Part shown: one piece after another, positions 35,001 to 40,856 of the stretch
Position numbering within the stretch: the stretch's first letter is position 1
Layout: each line of letters opens with the position of its first letter
From: Verrucomicrobiota bacterium
GTDB lineage: Bacteria > Verrucomicrobiota > Verrucomicrobiia > Limisphaerales > SIBE01
Direction: 5' to 3'
Assembly: GCA_016871535.1 (NCBI GenBank)
Contig: VHCZ01000005.1
Location: 530-64,529, forward strand
Length of the DNA: 64,000 bases
Program-made: the position numbers and the translations under genes
The notes under the pieces: generated by a model
Database searches by the model: none
What the model was told of the DNA's origin: nothing
The model's input: only the letters and a program-made list of their open reading frames with translations

Positions 35001-36355
35001 GGTTGGGTTAAGGCTTCAAAACGAAAAGCTGGCCAGACCGACGTTCTGCTTTCAGAGAAACCGTATTCGCGGAACATCCGCTGCCAATACTCTCCGTGAG
35101 TGGCCAGGCAGTCCGGAATCTGATTGGCCGTGAAGTCGCTTCGGGAAGGGAAATAGCTGAACCAAAACGGCGGCACCGGGCAATGTTGATAAGCGGTCAG
35201 TTTCGTTGCCGGCAGGAATTCGCGAACTCCTAACCTCAGTCCTTTCTCCCAGGGCTGGTTTTCATACGGATAAATCAAGTTCCCGACGGTGCTGCCCTGG
35301 CCGGCCAGGAATCTGCCGACGTGATAGAACTGCTGGGCAAAAAGCGGGCGCGCGATGCTCTGGTCGTGATGAAACGCCTCGAAGAGAAGCGGAGTCACAT
35401 CGACTCCCTCCAGAATCCACCGGCCTCTGAGTTTGAGCGTGAACTCGAGAAGACGTTGAGCCGTGCTTTCAAAAGCATCCAGATCAACACAATCTTCAAT
35501 AAAGAGACAGGGACCCGTGCCGCGAAAGACACCTTCGTAAATCTTTTCGATCGGATAAACCCAATCGAGTGGATTGACCAGGAAGACGACGCTCCCGCCG
35601 GCCTCCTCCAGCCAAAAAGGCAGAGGCCCGAAAAAGTCGTCTCGGCCAGCGCGGGCGTGCCTGGCGAAACTCTCAGGTTGAATCCAGGACACGAGGAGGT
35701 GATCAATCTGTTTCGGCAGCGCGCCTAAGGGGCGTCCAGCTTTTTGGCGAAGGTTCGCGACCAGTTCCTTCCGAGATCGGAGTCGGCCAATGAAATGCGA
35801 TGCGTGGGCCGCAAATTTGGATTTTTGATTCCTGCGATGCTGTCTGAGGGTTTTGAACAGAGCGCCTGCCTCTTCCTGATTGAAGGAACCCCAAAGCTGG
35901 ACCTCGCACTTTCCAGTCCTGGACGCGACTCTAGACAAGAAAGCTGCCAGGTATGCGTCGTCCACCACGATCAACAACTCACCGTCGATGTCTTCGAGGA
36001 TGCGCGGCAGAGAAAGAGCGGCGCAGAGATGGTAAAAGAGCATGGAAGAGAGCGGGCTTCGTTCGGCCACCGAGGTTGTCGCCCAGCGCAGGTCTGCGAC
36101 ATCCACTTCCACCACTTGATCTAAATTCAGGAACTCGCGCCAGATTCTGGAAGCCGTGGCATTGATATACTGGCCGCTGCAGACGTAAGTCGCGAATCGA
36201 TTTAGCCCCTCCTGTATGGAATAAAAAAAAGCCGCCTGATTCCCCAAATAGGTCCAACTGAATTGTCCGGAGGAGCGGAACCGCTCCAATGCCCGCGCCA
36301 ATTCGCTGGCTTGACTGAACACCACGGTCTTCTTTTTCATCGGATTTATGCCCAT
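23063..36355 (-). CDS. giant multidomain glycosyltransferase (4430 aa): unknown N-terminal domain, 4 GT2, 1 GT-A-like, 2 GT4 domains, six tandem TPR modules
   Basis: Uninterrupted 13,293-nt ORF. GT2 signatures: VSVVIPCYNYAHFLPEAVESV..DPDD (~34300), VSVVIPCYNYERYLPEAVDSV..DADD (~32310), ISVIVPTYNRPEMLAETLQS..DDDD (~31555), VSIIVLTFDNLELNRECL..NNDT (~30510). GT-A-like FSFCIITNGKR..ADDDM (~29625). GT4 signatures near 33550-32480 and 28680-27560 (SRGEGWGRPQMDAMACGLPVIAT). Six paralogous ~190-aa TPR modules span 27240-23110. Confidence 0.8.
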   Translation of the reverse strand: MGINPMKKKTVVFSQASELARALERFRSSGQFSWTYLGNQAAFFYSIQEGLNRFATYVCSGQYINATASRIWREFLNLDQVVEVDVADLRWATTSVAERSPLSSMLFYHLCAALSLPRILEDIDGELLIVVDDAYLAAFLSRVASRTGKCEVQLWGSFNQEEAGALFKTLRQHRRNQKSKFAAHASHFIGRLRSRKELVANLRQKAGRPLGALPKQIDHLLVSWIQPESFARHARAGRDDFFGPLPFWLEEAGGSVVFLVNPLDWVYPIEKIYEGVFRGTGPCLFIEDCVDLDAFESTAQRLLEFTLKLRGRWILEGVDVTPLLFEAFHHDQSIARPLFAQQFYHVGRFLAGQGSTVGNLIYPYENQPWEKGLRLGVREFLPATKLTAYQHCPVPPFWFSYFPSRSDFTANQIPDCLATHGEYWQRMFREYGFSESRTSVWPAFRFEALTQPAGAKAAALPQSSGPHLRVLLCLVIEAGPSLEMLTRTIEALHAIRNVRLEIRFHPRMGRESELLQTALRIAQLSSLPEEMIVGQRSASEALVDSEVVICNGSSVEFEAAHAGRTTIGLLSEFFVDQNVMPFAEYDFTCRTASELRAVVQKLAANRQSIQPRPWSEQKSREFFEPVCGATKHAVVTWLTGGGSDPQSLHKADAPSMDEARSDLFQTQESRMPRRPEADAESIPPPKVSVVIPCYNYAHFLPEAVESVARQTCRDFEIIIVDDGSTDNTASVARQLIDTYQDLPITLIRQSNSGQPASARNSGIDAARGEYVLPLDPDDKIAPTFLEKAVNLIESDGKVGVVYSQLQHFGDRQDIWRCGEFTLQNLLQDNCVPYCALYRKRLWAEVGGYKLNVKGYEDWDFWISLAEKGWEGRLIPEPLFFYRKHGSGLLDRANRNRELLKAQITVNHFRLYDWPRVQSASSRIVEARKTANRTSRPRVLLACPHFYPSVGGVESIVENLGRRLSFLDFDVEVAAYSNEARQTDDHLGMRVISLDREKISGTTLPRATVQLGELVCSGRYDACIAISDPSNLLFWAFHGLTLPRRFRLILQPVINDAAFHNWRGDREFRESLRSVLQSAHAVVSITRHGAGDRYFQEEKIDPAYIPNAVDVVAPAGDFRREHGIPKDMPLLLHVANLFRVKNHLGLFETLQNLPGEWRLAIIGGTTMEQNYGKAVREAVERDPKVIWIPGLPPEKVSAAMEAADLILLPSRAEASPVVILEAMSHAKAWVATPNCGAVHDNAGGVIVPLAEFPNAIATLLRETELRKALGQCGYDHWGACFSWNVVIRAWTSVIQGEPIKANFEMPAGVSARMAELRGEFQRQANQARATRSIALPSAVSGEAAVQPMKSPPRVSVVIPCYNYERYLPEAVDSVIKQTYQDFEIIIVNDGSTDDSAQVAESLRARYSTHRIKLINQPNSGQPAISRNRGIAEAQGEFILPLDADDRIAPTLLAECVQILESNPDVAIAYTDAIFFNRERSWIQPTAEYDFKVLIHANHLCYCSLFRRQAWETVGGYKTNVKGYEDWDFWIGCGEKGFVGKRIAKPLFHYREKADGLFQDALKRDTILRINIIANHPDLYPKDIVEIARRFLRGEGNPKAQSQGPAISVIVPTYNRPEMLAETLQSILSQTFQDFEILVVNDAGQDVSKQIEGLNASRKIRYFQHFQNRGLAAARNTGVNQARGKYITYLDDDDLFLPDHLQTLHEFLQKSGAKVAYTDAWRAHQMKKGGSYEIVRRDVPYSRDFDRDEILVGNFVPVLCFMHEKACWETAGGFDESLTSHEDWDLWIRMSRHFQFFHIPKVTCEFRWRFDGTSMNSGKRADMLRTATRVYEKSEHLVSGRPELQAARKAYLEGMKREVLASRQAAEAQAASQESASLPNSEPTASPLPGGEPATIAECGVRSAETVGLPPLPAKHEWGEDRGEWKSQHDSPPLLSPLLSSSGREGAIQSLPLVSIIVLTFDNLELNRECLASLYETIDPAKGEIIVVDNASTDGTADYLRREQQAGRLRAFLNSQNVGFARGCNQGALEARGHLLLFLNNDTRVTPGWCDSMIWAARLPRVGVVGVKLLYPDGRVQHAGFGLVGQMLDHVHRFAPASAPEVNVFRELDIVTGACLMIPRTLFFELNGFDESFKNGGEDVDLCLRVRAAGWKVVYEPRTVVYHHEAKSAGRLQHVPENVQLFGQRWSMQFDAKARFHPPTPPRTQKAEKSLLDEPDAAQKLADASSVNVQRVDSSAPQCAKQRAPGFSFCIITNGKRPAKLREEIQSIRALKIPQCEILVGGDVPAGFDDVIAVPMAEVAHAGRLGEMRNQLCRRAQYDRLVVADDDMIFHADFYEGLLNFGENYDVLCVRLLNTDGTRFWDWAKAGSAAEQRLLEYTEYDSRVYVTGGLCIMKAAVSDLVQWDGQRGFYQLEDVDFSERLKTAGFSIRCCPFSTVTHNDRRYTQVGRVILARKAEFKFPWEDPELQNAPPNALLAKAVETARVQRYAECADYVRMCLRLDPMHPAARELWSKMLLAFGGDTKQSSLYASPPFEPLVRPVDSPARGSGAGENLTSSAASAMPVLWHGLFYSFSGYAEEARHFVLNLESNNINLAIRSFAPASEGCRAKIDSADRDKLDALLQKNIPSPFAAVVHVSGRCLDRLPGAAYCIGRTMFETDRLPQEWVEKCNRMDEIWVPTEHSLESFRNSGVTARLVKIPGGVDTDRFRPGLNPLPIPGRRKTVFLSIFEWSYRKGWDVLLHSWARAFKPQDDVCLVLRAYPLNASEAPDVSREINLFIDAFLSRILKLNRSQVAPIIVLGCPISEADLPHLYAAATAYVAPSRGEGWGRPQMDAMACGLPVIATGWSGTREFMTERNSILLDYKMADVGPESEIEYFRGHRWAEPSRDHLAQLLPRVVEQPEEMARIGSRARQDMVEKWQWDRVAELAAGRLAEIAEELRGKTSNQLSVVSDQLSESVRPQTPDAPRLSPESVVSDPLSVASCQLPGGSNQLSESALRTPHSAPEGSAIGQELARQGRIPSYKRESVHSMNDAHDSNPKPDLEIGPVSPEANRLLERADAEYRKGNLANARSVLLEALQHLPNSPRIHATLGAILFSLNEFATAREHFAKAAELAPNDPGVRVQLALANLELDQIEDFEAALGRALELDPNYRDALKLLADLNLKQGSYKDAGQTYVKIISRNPEDLDSLLGLGACFFKANEWETAREVYQRILQISPNHSLAANNLAAIKKKIEERASGVVSDQLSVISNQSPGSALRTPHSALNQANVGQASSLPESTISEDSKKGRQEACPTLQPNSEIERLLASAERESQNGNHSSARQILEQALQQAPNNIRVIEQLGMAAFALNDFITAQRHFGRLTEIMPSDPSAFVQLALTHLRLERIDQFEQALGRALDLDPYHRDALKLLADLNLRNDQFKDAAQAYTKILSRHPDDLDALLPLGVCFFKVNDFETAKLVFERVLEKHPGNPVAKENLDVIRQRMAVGQLSVVSDPLSVSGDQSPESAIRNPQSAMENVGQASSLPESTVLEEGKTGRQDACPALQPHSAIDGLLEKAQTEHQRGNLARAKELLVEALRLERDEPRALAAAGAICFALNEFEQAYQYLQRATEVNRRDPAVFVQLALANLKLDQIEEFEVALGRALEIDPHHRDALKLLGDLNVQNGRLKDAAQAYTKILSRHPDDLDALLPLGVCFFKDGDLETARLVFERALERHPDDPVAKENLVAIRQKLSEGRESNQLSVVSDQSSQSAIENVGQASSLPQSTVSDDGKKGRQDACPTPPPQVATDQSALAKLMDQANFFCEVSNRQAALETLEQAVELAPRDPQIRSALGSLHFTQGNYEAAREQFRRLIEIKPRDVDAYTRLAMACLKVNRIEEMEAALGLALEIDPHHREALKFLAKTNLENNRVRDAGRAYAKLLERQPDDLETLLSLGLCFYRGADFESARMVYNRVLEMDPNNVTARENLYQLDQKSENSGQLSVASGQLSVAEAQQSEKSEIAQLNQWLTKADAAVGSQNLAEARDALKAALAFAPDSPEILSAIGTVCFQLGDLRQARIHLERLVQIAPSDPGKWVQLALCHYQLGELAEFESALAKAMELDSNCLDALRLRAQVDFNQGKIQSAAQAFGKMLKQTPNDLEVLMPLAVCFYKTGDYETAKMIFERILELEPEHTLARENLKVLLDNLRVAKGSGQLSVASDQLSEVSGQSDHSALRAPHSAIEKAGTRALDEQLSRANALWSAGDLAGVAAALQEALKASPDSHEICAALGSVLYQKGDLSASCQELQRATQMLPNSSDYQTRLALALLGLERIPEFEAVLGRVLENDPTYRPALRLLADLNFRENRFKDAAQTYHKILLQAPDDTEVMLPLAVCFYKTGDAESAKMVFERVLQIDPQNAVARENLDLLTKPPSSPPPSSSKPARRKKKR
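23069..23078. repeat. homopolymer T10 (A10 on the coding strand) in the last codons of the giant ORF
   Basis: Coding strand reads CGA AAA AAA AAA CGG TAG (R K K K R stop). This is the longest homopolymer I found in the window. Confidence 0.95.
25017..25093. repeat. 77-bp double-hairpin element (copy A) with terminal inverted repeats GTAGGGCAGGC / GCCTGCCCTAC
   Basis: gtagggcaggcatcctgcctgcctttctttccgtcatcagagaccgttgattgaggcaggctggaagcctgccctac. Hairpins GGCAGG-cat-CCTGCC and GGCAGGC-tggaa-GCCTGCC. In frame: VGQASSLPQSTVSDDGKKGRQDACPT. Confidence 0.8.
25734..25810. repeat. 77-bp double-hairpin element (copy B)
   Basis: gcagggcaggcatcctgcctgcctgtcttgccctcttccaagaccgttgattcgggcaggctggaagcctgccctac. 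In frame: VGQASSLPESTVLEEGKTGRQDACPA. Confidence 0.8.
26481..26557. repeat. 77-bp double-hairpin element (copy C)
   Basis: gtagggcaggcctcctgcctgcctttcttactgtcttcagagatcgttgattcaggcaggctggaagcctgccctac. In frame: VGQASSLPESTISEDSKKGRQEACPT. Confidence 0.8.
26572..26599. repeat. perfect tandem heptanucleotide array (GTGCGGA)x4
   Basis: Counted directly. In frame it reads SALRTPHSAL. Degenerate versions occur at ~23693-23722, 25100-25113 and 25818-25850, and in inverse orientation at ~30647-30685. Confidence 0.9.
27355..27382. repeat. perfect tandem heptanucleotide array (GTGCGGA)x4
   Basis: Counted directly. In frame it reads SALRTPHSA. Confidence 0.9.
27406..27454. repeat. heptanucleotide-periodic array (CTGGCAA)x3 then CTGACAA CGGATCA CTGACCA CTGATTC
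   Basis: Counted directly. The same ACTGAYN-type 7-nt periodicity occurs at ~23735-23779, 24384-24427, 25115-25152, 25855-25900, 26606-26645 and 27495-27540. It translates as QLSVVSDQLSV-type linkers. Confidence 0.85.
30601..30631. repeat. G/C-rich hairpin CCTCTCCCC-N13-GGGGAGAGG within an in-frame palindromic linker (about 30520-30690)
   Basis: Perfect 9-bp stem. The neighbouring hairpin CTCTCTT-N7-AAGAGAG lies at ~30526-30548, and an inverted (ACTCCGC)n tract at ~30647-30685. Translated as ...AIAECGVRSAETVGLPPLPAKHEWGEDRGEWKSQHDSPPLLSPLLSSSGREGAIQS... Confidence 0.7.
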
Positions 36356-36474
36356 GACCGCTTAAGGCCAGTTTCAAAAGTGGCAGCCGAGAGTTTTGAT
36401 CCGTCAAGGCCTCGAAACCAGGAGGAAGAATTGGCGGAGAGAATGAAAGAAGCGAGAAGAAGAATCCGACCTGT

Positions 36475-37242
36475 CTACAAGGGTGGCGTCGATTCAACGT
36501 CGTCGGTATAGCCGTGCCGTTTGAGCCAGAATTCTGCCTGGGGAATTTGCCATTCGTAGTCCACGTCCAGCCCGCCCCAATTGTGAACCGGAAAGATCTT
36601 CTTTCCCATCCAGCGCTGAGGCAGGAGCCCCTCATGCAGGTTCTCTAAACAGCGAGGCCGGACCACCGACACCCCCATGTCCGCGTAATAAACATTGCCT
36701 TGGGAGTCGCGGTCGCAGGACAATTTCGATGGGTCGCCAAAAGCGTCGAAAGGCACGAACGGCTGCAAGCACCCGTCTTCATCCGCACGCCGGGCGCGCA
36801 ACGGACTCCACATGTTGTAACAGGAGACCGTGACGGCGCTGTCCAGCGCTCCGTTTCTCCGCAAGGTCTTGACCCCCTCTTCAATCAAGCGACTGGTCAC
36901 GGTTGGGGAATTCGCGAACAGCAGCACCATCAACTCGATTTCTTTACCCTCCTGCCGCCAGAGCTCGCGGATGTGCCGATACCCATGCGCAAAAGCATCC
37001 TCGCCCAGGGCCGTGGCCGTGCAAAGCTCCGGGGGGCGGACGATGATTCTCGCGCCGTGTTGCCGTCCGACCGCCATGATTTCTGGAGAATCGGTGGAAA
37101 CAAAAACTTCGTTGACAAATTTGCAGCCCCGCGCCGCCAGAATGGGGTAAGCCATCATGGGCCGGCCCAACAGAGGATACAGATTCTTGTTCGGCATGGT
37201 CACGCTGCCGCCGCGACCCAGTAAAAGCGCAGGAATAGCCAT
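36475..37242 (-). CDS. acylneuraminate (nonulosonate) cytidylyltransferase family protein (NeuA/PseF/LegF-like)
   Basis: MAIPALLLGRGGSVTMPNKNLYPLLGRPMMAYPILAARGCKFVNEVFVSTDSPEI matches the CMP-NulO synthetase N-terminal signature (IPAR.GS...KN...L.G.P). Confidence 0.85.
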   Translation of the reverse strand: MAIPALLLGRGGSVTMPNKNLYPLLGRPMMAYPILAARGCKFVNEVFVSTDSPEIMAVGRQHGARIIVRPPELCTATALGEDAFAHGYRHIRELWRQEGKEIELMVLLFANSPTVTSRLIEEGVKTLRRNGALDSAVTVSCYNMWSPLRARRADEDGCLQPFVPFDAFGDPSKLSCDRDSQGNVYYADMGVSVVRPRCLENLHEGLLPQRWMGKKIFPVHNWGGLDVDYEWQIPQAEFWLKRHGYTDDVESTPPL

Positions 37243-37268
37243 AATTGTTTAATCTGTTCGCAACCTTT

Positions 37269-37541
37269 TTACTGCAGTGATATCTCCGCCCGTGCCACAG
37301 AGAGGGATTGTTCAGCCTGGGTTCCGAATTCGATCGAGGCTTCTATCATCTTTCTGACATCCATGAGTCCGCGTCGGGACGAAGCGTAAGGACCGCCGGC
37401 AAGATGCTTCAGCATGTCGCGCTCTGAATCCCCCAGATCAACGCTTCGCGTGGCGGCCTCCGGATCGTCTAAGAGCAGCAACCTGAAGGGCTCATTTTCC
37501 ACGGCCTTGTTCACGATATCCCAGAGATTTTGCAGAGACAT
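37269..37541 (-). CDS. 90-aa ORF with NHLP/Nif11-leader-like N-terminal half and a double-glycine motif (candidate RiPP precursor; alternatively a divergent carrier protein)
   Basis: MSLQNLWDIVNKAVENEPFRLLLLDDPEAATRSVDLGDSERDMLKHLAGG-PYASSRRGLMDVRKMIEASIEFGTQAEQSLSVARAEISLQ. Gaps to its neighbours are 21 nt and 26 nt in the same orientation. The family call is by eye only. Confidence 0.55.
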   Translation of the reverse strand: MSLQNLWDIVNKAVENEPFRLLLLDDPEAATRSVDLGDSERDMLKHLAGGPYASSRRGLMDVRKMIEASIEFGTQAEQSLSVARAEISLQ

Positions 37542-37562
37542 ACTCGCACCCGGTTTCCACTT

Positions 37563-39134
37563 CTAATAACACTCCAAAGCCGTGCGTTTGGCGTCGTAAA
37601 CGCCATCCAGATACTCTTTCCTTAATTGAGCGAACATGCGGTTTCCTTCGCCATCAAACCGCTCGGCGATGCGAATCCTCGAAAACTCAGACCGGGGCAG
37701 CTTGGCGTACAGAACGAATGTCCTTTGCAGCCCAAGCAACTCGGTCTTTGAGATGGTCGGCATGTTGAGAATGGTTTTGAAATACGGATAATCACCGCTC
37801 AACGAGATATCGATGACCTGGTCGTCCTCAGCTTTTGGCAGATACCCCTTTCGCTCGCAGACCTTGTAGAGTTCAGTCCCTTTGTACGGATTGAACAGAT
37901 AAGCGTTGATCGTCGCGGACTGGATGTGCCGATTGAGTGCGATGGTGTCGAAAACCAACTCCCGGGTTTCATCCGGGAACCCCATGATGTTATTAACCGT
38001 CGTGGGGATTCCGGCATTGTGCAGGAGTTGAAGCCCATTGATGATGAGTTCATTCCTCATCGAACGCTTCAGCACTTCGCGTCGAAACGTTTCATTGCCG
38101 TGTTCCAGGCCAATGTTGATGTGGGCCACCCCCATCTCTTTCAGCAGGTCAATGCGAGGCTGAGTAATCGTCTCGGGCCGGGTCTGCAGCCAGAATGGCA
38201 GCCGTATTTCTTTCGCGTAGGACTCGCCCATCGCAACAAAATCGTCATTGGGCATGGCGAAGAACGTTTCGGCGTTGAAATAAATGAATTCGGCGCCGTG
38301 TCGCTCGACGAGGGACTTGATTTCGTCGATCAAACGTCCTGGGCTCTTGGCGCGGTGGTAACGCTGGTTGACCCGTTTGTAGAGGACATTCAGCATGGGA
38401 TCTTCACAAAACGCGCACTGGTAAGGGCACCCTCGGTGCATTTCGACCGGAAGTATCCGCATCACGCGCCCCTGCATGGAACGGTAAAAGCGCGCCGGCT
38501 CAAAGATGTCGTAGTCGGAGAACGGCAAGCTATCGACATTCACCGTCGGTCCGATCTCATTCTTAATGATCGTGCCGTCCGGCTTTTTGATCCAAAGGTT
38601 CGGGATGGTATCCAGACTCTTGCCCTCGGCCATTCGGCGCACCAGCTCTAAAAGCGCGTTCTCTCCCTCTCCCACACAAACGAGGTCAACGGATTCTTCC
38701 TGCGCGACAACTTCCGGCGCAAAAGTCGCCATAATGCCGCCGGCAACCACCGGAATCCCTCGACGATGAGCTTCACGCATCAACGGGATTCCAATGGGAA
38801 ACGTATCTTCCAGCAAAGACACTCCTAGGAGATCTGGATCGTACTCGTCGAGGAGTTGGCGGAAGTCCTCCACGATGTCGGACTCTTTATAGAGTACCCC
38901 GCTGTCCTCCAGTTTGAATCGTTTGAGTTGCAGCAACTCGAGGCGAATGTCATCGAAGCTTTTATCCTGAGGCCGATACAGCGTGGTGTCGAACAAGCGG
39001 GTCTCAAACCCTGCGCGTTTCAAGACGGCGGATAGAATCGATATGCCCGCGGGAAGGAGCAGGTGTGCCATCTGAAAGTTGGGGTACAAGAAAAGAATCC
39101 GGCCCCGAAATTGTTTCGATGGAAATCTTGTCAT
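37563..39134 (-). CDS. B12-binding domain radical SAM protein (class B rSAM)
   Basis: N-terminal Rossmann-like B12-binding region (RILFLYPNFQMAHLLLPAGISILSAVLKRAGFE...VVAGG) and the rSAM cluster motif HRGCPYQCAFCEDP (CX3CX2C). Paralog of the next gene. Confidence 0.9.
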   Translation of the reverse strand: MTRFPSKQFRGRILFLYPNFQMAHLLLPAGISILSAVLKRAGFETRLFDTTLYRPQDKSFDDIRLELLQLKRFKLEDSGVLYKESDIVEDFRQLLDEYDPDLLGVSLLEDTFPIGIPLMREAHRRGIPVVAGGIMATFAPEVVAQEESVDLVCVGEGENALLELVRRMAEGKSLDTIPNLWIKKPDGTIIKNEIGPTVNVDSLPFSDYDIFEPARFYRSMQGRVMRILPVEMHRGCPYQCAFCEDPMLNVLYKRVNQRYHRAKSPGRLIDEIKSLVERHGAEFIYFNAETFFAMPNDDFVAMGESYAKEIRLPFWLQTRPETITQPRIDLLKEMGVAHINIGLEHGNETFRREVLKRSMRNELIINGLQLLHNAGIPTTVNNIMGFPDETRELVFDTIALNRHIQSATINAYLFNPYKGTELYKVCERKGYLPKAEDDQVIDISLSGDYPYFKTILNMPTISKTELLGLQRTFVLYAKLPRSEFSRIRIAERFDGEGNRMFAQLRKEYLDGVYDAKRTALECY

Positions 39135-39145
39135 GTGAGCGCTCT

Positions 39146-40819
39146 TTAGTTGCTCGTCGCCATGGAAGGTTCTGCAACCGACTCGCGACCGGGCCCTGTC
39201 CCAAGCATGGCCTTGTAACGCGAATCAACCATCCCGAGAATCGAAGCTTCGGCGGCGTCGTTGATCTTGAAATCATCTTTCTCCAACTCGATCTTGCCGG
39301 CATCGTCATTCTCGTTTCGGTCGCCCCAGTGCATGAAGTTTTCGAGGACTTCCTGCCGCAACTCGTCCCAAACGCGGTCTCCTTCCGGAGTCAATTCCTC
39401 AGCCTTCCGAACTTCTGACCATCTGGATTTCGGAAGTTTCACGTAAATCACGAAACATCGCCGCAGCCCTTCGATCTCTTCTTTTGACCAATGCGGCATG
39501 CGGAGCATCGTGGGCTTCATGATGGAGCGAGTGATCTCGCCCGGTTTCACGTAGCCGAGCAGTTCCGCCATGGTCCTCAAAGGGGTGCCGTGGAAAGGCG
39601 TGAAGGAATAGGCATTCATGCCGTCCGATCGGATGCGCCGGTTGAGATCGATCGTGTCGAAGGCCAGTTCTCTGTTCTCCCGAGGGAAGCCCATGATGTT
39701 GTTCACGCTGAAGGGCACTCCCAGCTCGTGGAGGATATTCAAATTGTTGACGATGGTTTCGTTGTCGATCCGGCGCAACAGCACTTTCTCGCGAAACCGT
39801 TCGTTCCCGTGCTCGACACCGAAAGCGACGCGCAGGATCCCCGCCTCTTTCAATCGTTTGAATTTATGCCGCGTCACGGTCTCCGGCCGCGTTTGGATCC
39901 AGAACGGCAGCTTGAATTCGGAGTACATGTCGCAGAACTCCTCAAACTCCGCATCCGTGACGGCCAGGAATGTGTCGGCCCAGAAATAAAAGGAATCCGG
40001 TTTGTAGCGCTCCCGCAGATAGACGAGTTGGTCTTTGATTCTCTGCACCCTCGTCTTCCGGAAGAATTTCTGTTTGGCCTCCTGGTGAATGATGATTTGC
40101 GAAGGCGAGTTGCAGTAGGCGCACGTATAGGGGCAGCCTCGGATCGTCTCGACCGGAAACATGCGCCAAACTTTTCCCTGCATCGGCCGATAAAACCGGC
40201 TTTCCTCGAAGAAATTGTAATTCGGGAGCGGCACATCATTGGGATCCAGCACCACCGGAAGCGGGTTTCGATGAAATGACCCGTCCTTCTTCAGAAAACA
40301 GATGCTGGGTATGCTGGCCACTTCGCGGCCCGACTCCAAACGCCGGCAAAGCTCCGGCAGAGTCGTTTCCCCCTCTCCGGTCAGGAGGTAATCGATCATG
40401 CCGTCGGCCTTCCGCAAGGCCAGCTCCGGGGCGAAAGTCGGGAAGACCCCGCCCGCCACGACTTTGGGCCGGTCCCGTTTGTCCAACGCCCGGAGCAACT
40501 CCAGGGCATTCGGGTACATGTCTTCTGTGACCGAGAAAGCGAGAAGATCGGGAGAGAATTCCCTGATCTTCCACCGGAAATCTTCTGTCGGCGAACCATG
40601 TTTCTCGTTCTGCCGCAGCAACCGGTCGTCAAAAGGTCGCGCGTTCAGTCGCTCTTCTTTGAGCTTATCGCTGTCGAGGCTCCCCCAGTCGGAGTAAGTG
40701 GTGGTGTCGAACAAGGCAGTCTGATGCCCTTCCCGCAGCAAGCAGCTATTCAGAATGCCAATTGCCGGAGGCAGCATGTTCATCCCGAAAAGATTCGGAT
40801 AGACCAGGAGAATCTTCAT
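39146..40819 (-). CDS. B12-binding domain radical SAM protein (class B rSAM), tandem paralog
   Basis: MKILLVYPNLFGMNMLPPAIGILNSCLLREGHQ...VVAGG, and IRGCPYTCAYCNSP (CX3CX2C). Long blocks shared with 37563..39134, e.g. FW(I/L)QTRPET(V/I)T...G(V/L)EHGNE(R/T)FR.....VNNIMGFP.E(N/T)REL.FDTI.LNR.I. Confidence 0.9.
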   Translation of the reverse strand: MKILLVYPNLFGMNMLPPAIGILNSCLLREGHQTALFDTTTYSDWGSLDSDKLKEERLNARPFDDRLLRQNEKHGSPTEDFRWKIREFSPDLLAFSVTEDMYPNALELLRALDKRDRPKVVAGGVFPTFAPELALRKADGMIDYLLTGEGETTLPELCRRLESGREVASIPSICFLKKDGSFHRNPLPVVLDPNDVPLPNYNFFEESRFYRPMQGKVWRMFPVETIRGCPYTCAYCNSPSQIIIHQEAKQKFFRKTRVQRIKDQLVYLRERYKPDSFYFWADTFLAVTDAEFEEFCDMYSEFKLPFWIQTRPETVTRHKFKRLKEAGILRVAFGVEHGNERFREKVLLRRIDNETIVNNLNILHELGVPFSVNNIMGFPRENRELAFDTIDLNRRIRSDGMNAYSFTPFHGTPLRTMAELLGYVKPGEITRSIMKPTMLRMPHWSKEEIEGLRRCFVIYVKLPKSRWSEVRKAEELTPEGDRVWDELRQEVLENFMHWGDRNENDDAGKIELEKDDFKINDAAEASILGMVDSRYKAMLGTGPGRESVAEPSMATSN

Positions 40820-40856
40820 CGCGCTGATGGCTTTCGCATCAAATCCTCTTCAGCCG

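Noticed and set aside
36232-36239. A8/T8 run near codon 42 of the giant ORF (AAFFYS) as a second slippage site
   Set aside because: An 8-nt A/T run encoding Phe-Phe is not exceptional, and I see no frame relationship that would give a meaningful alternative product. Noted only.
36356-36474. CT-rich 119-nt spacer upstream of the giant ORF examined for promoter motifs or an RNA element
   Set aside because: No sigma54 or sigma28 motif with correct spacing and no convincing hairpin. Probably read through from the upstream cytidylyltransferase gene.
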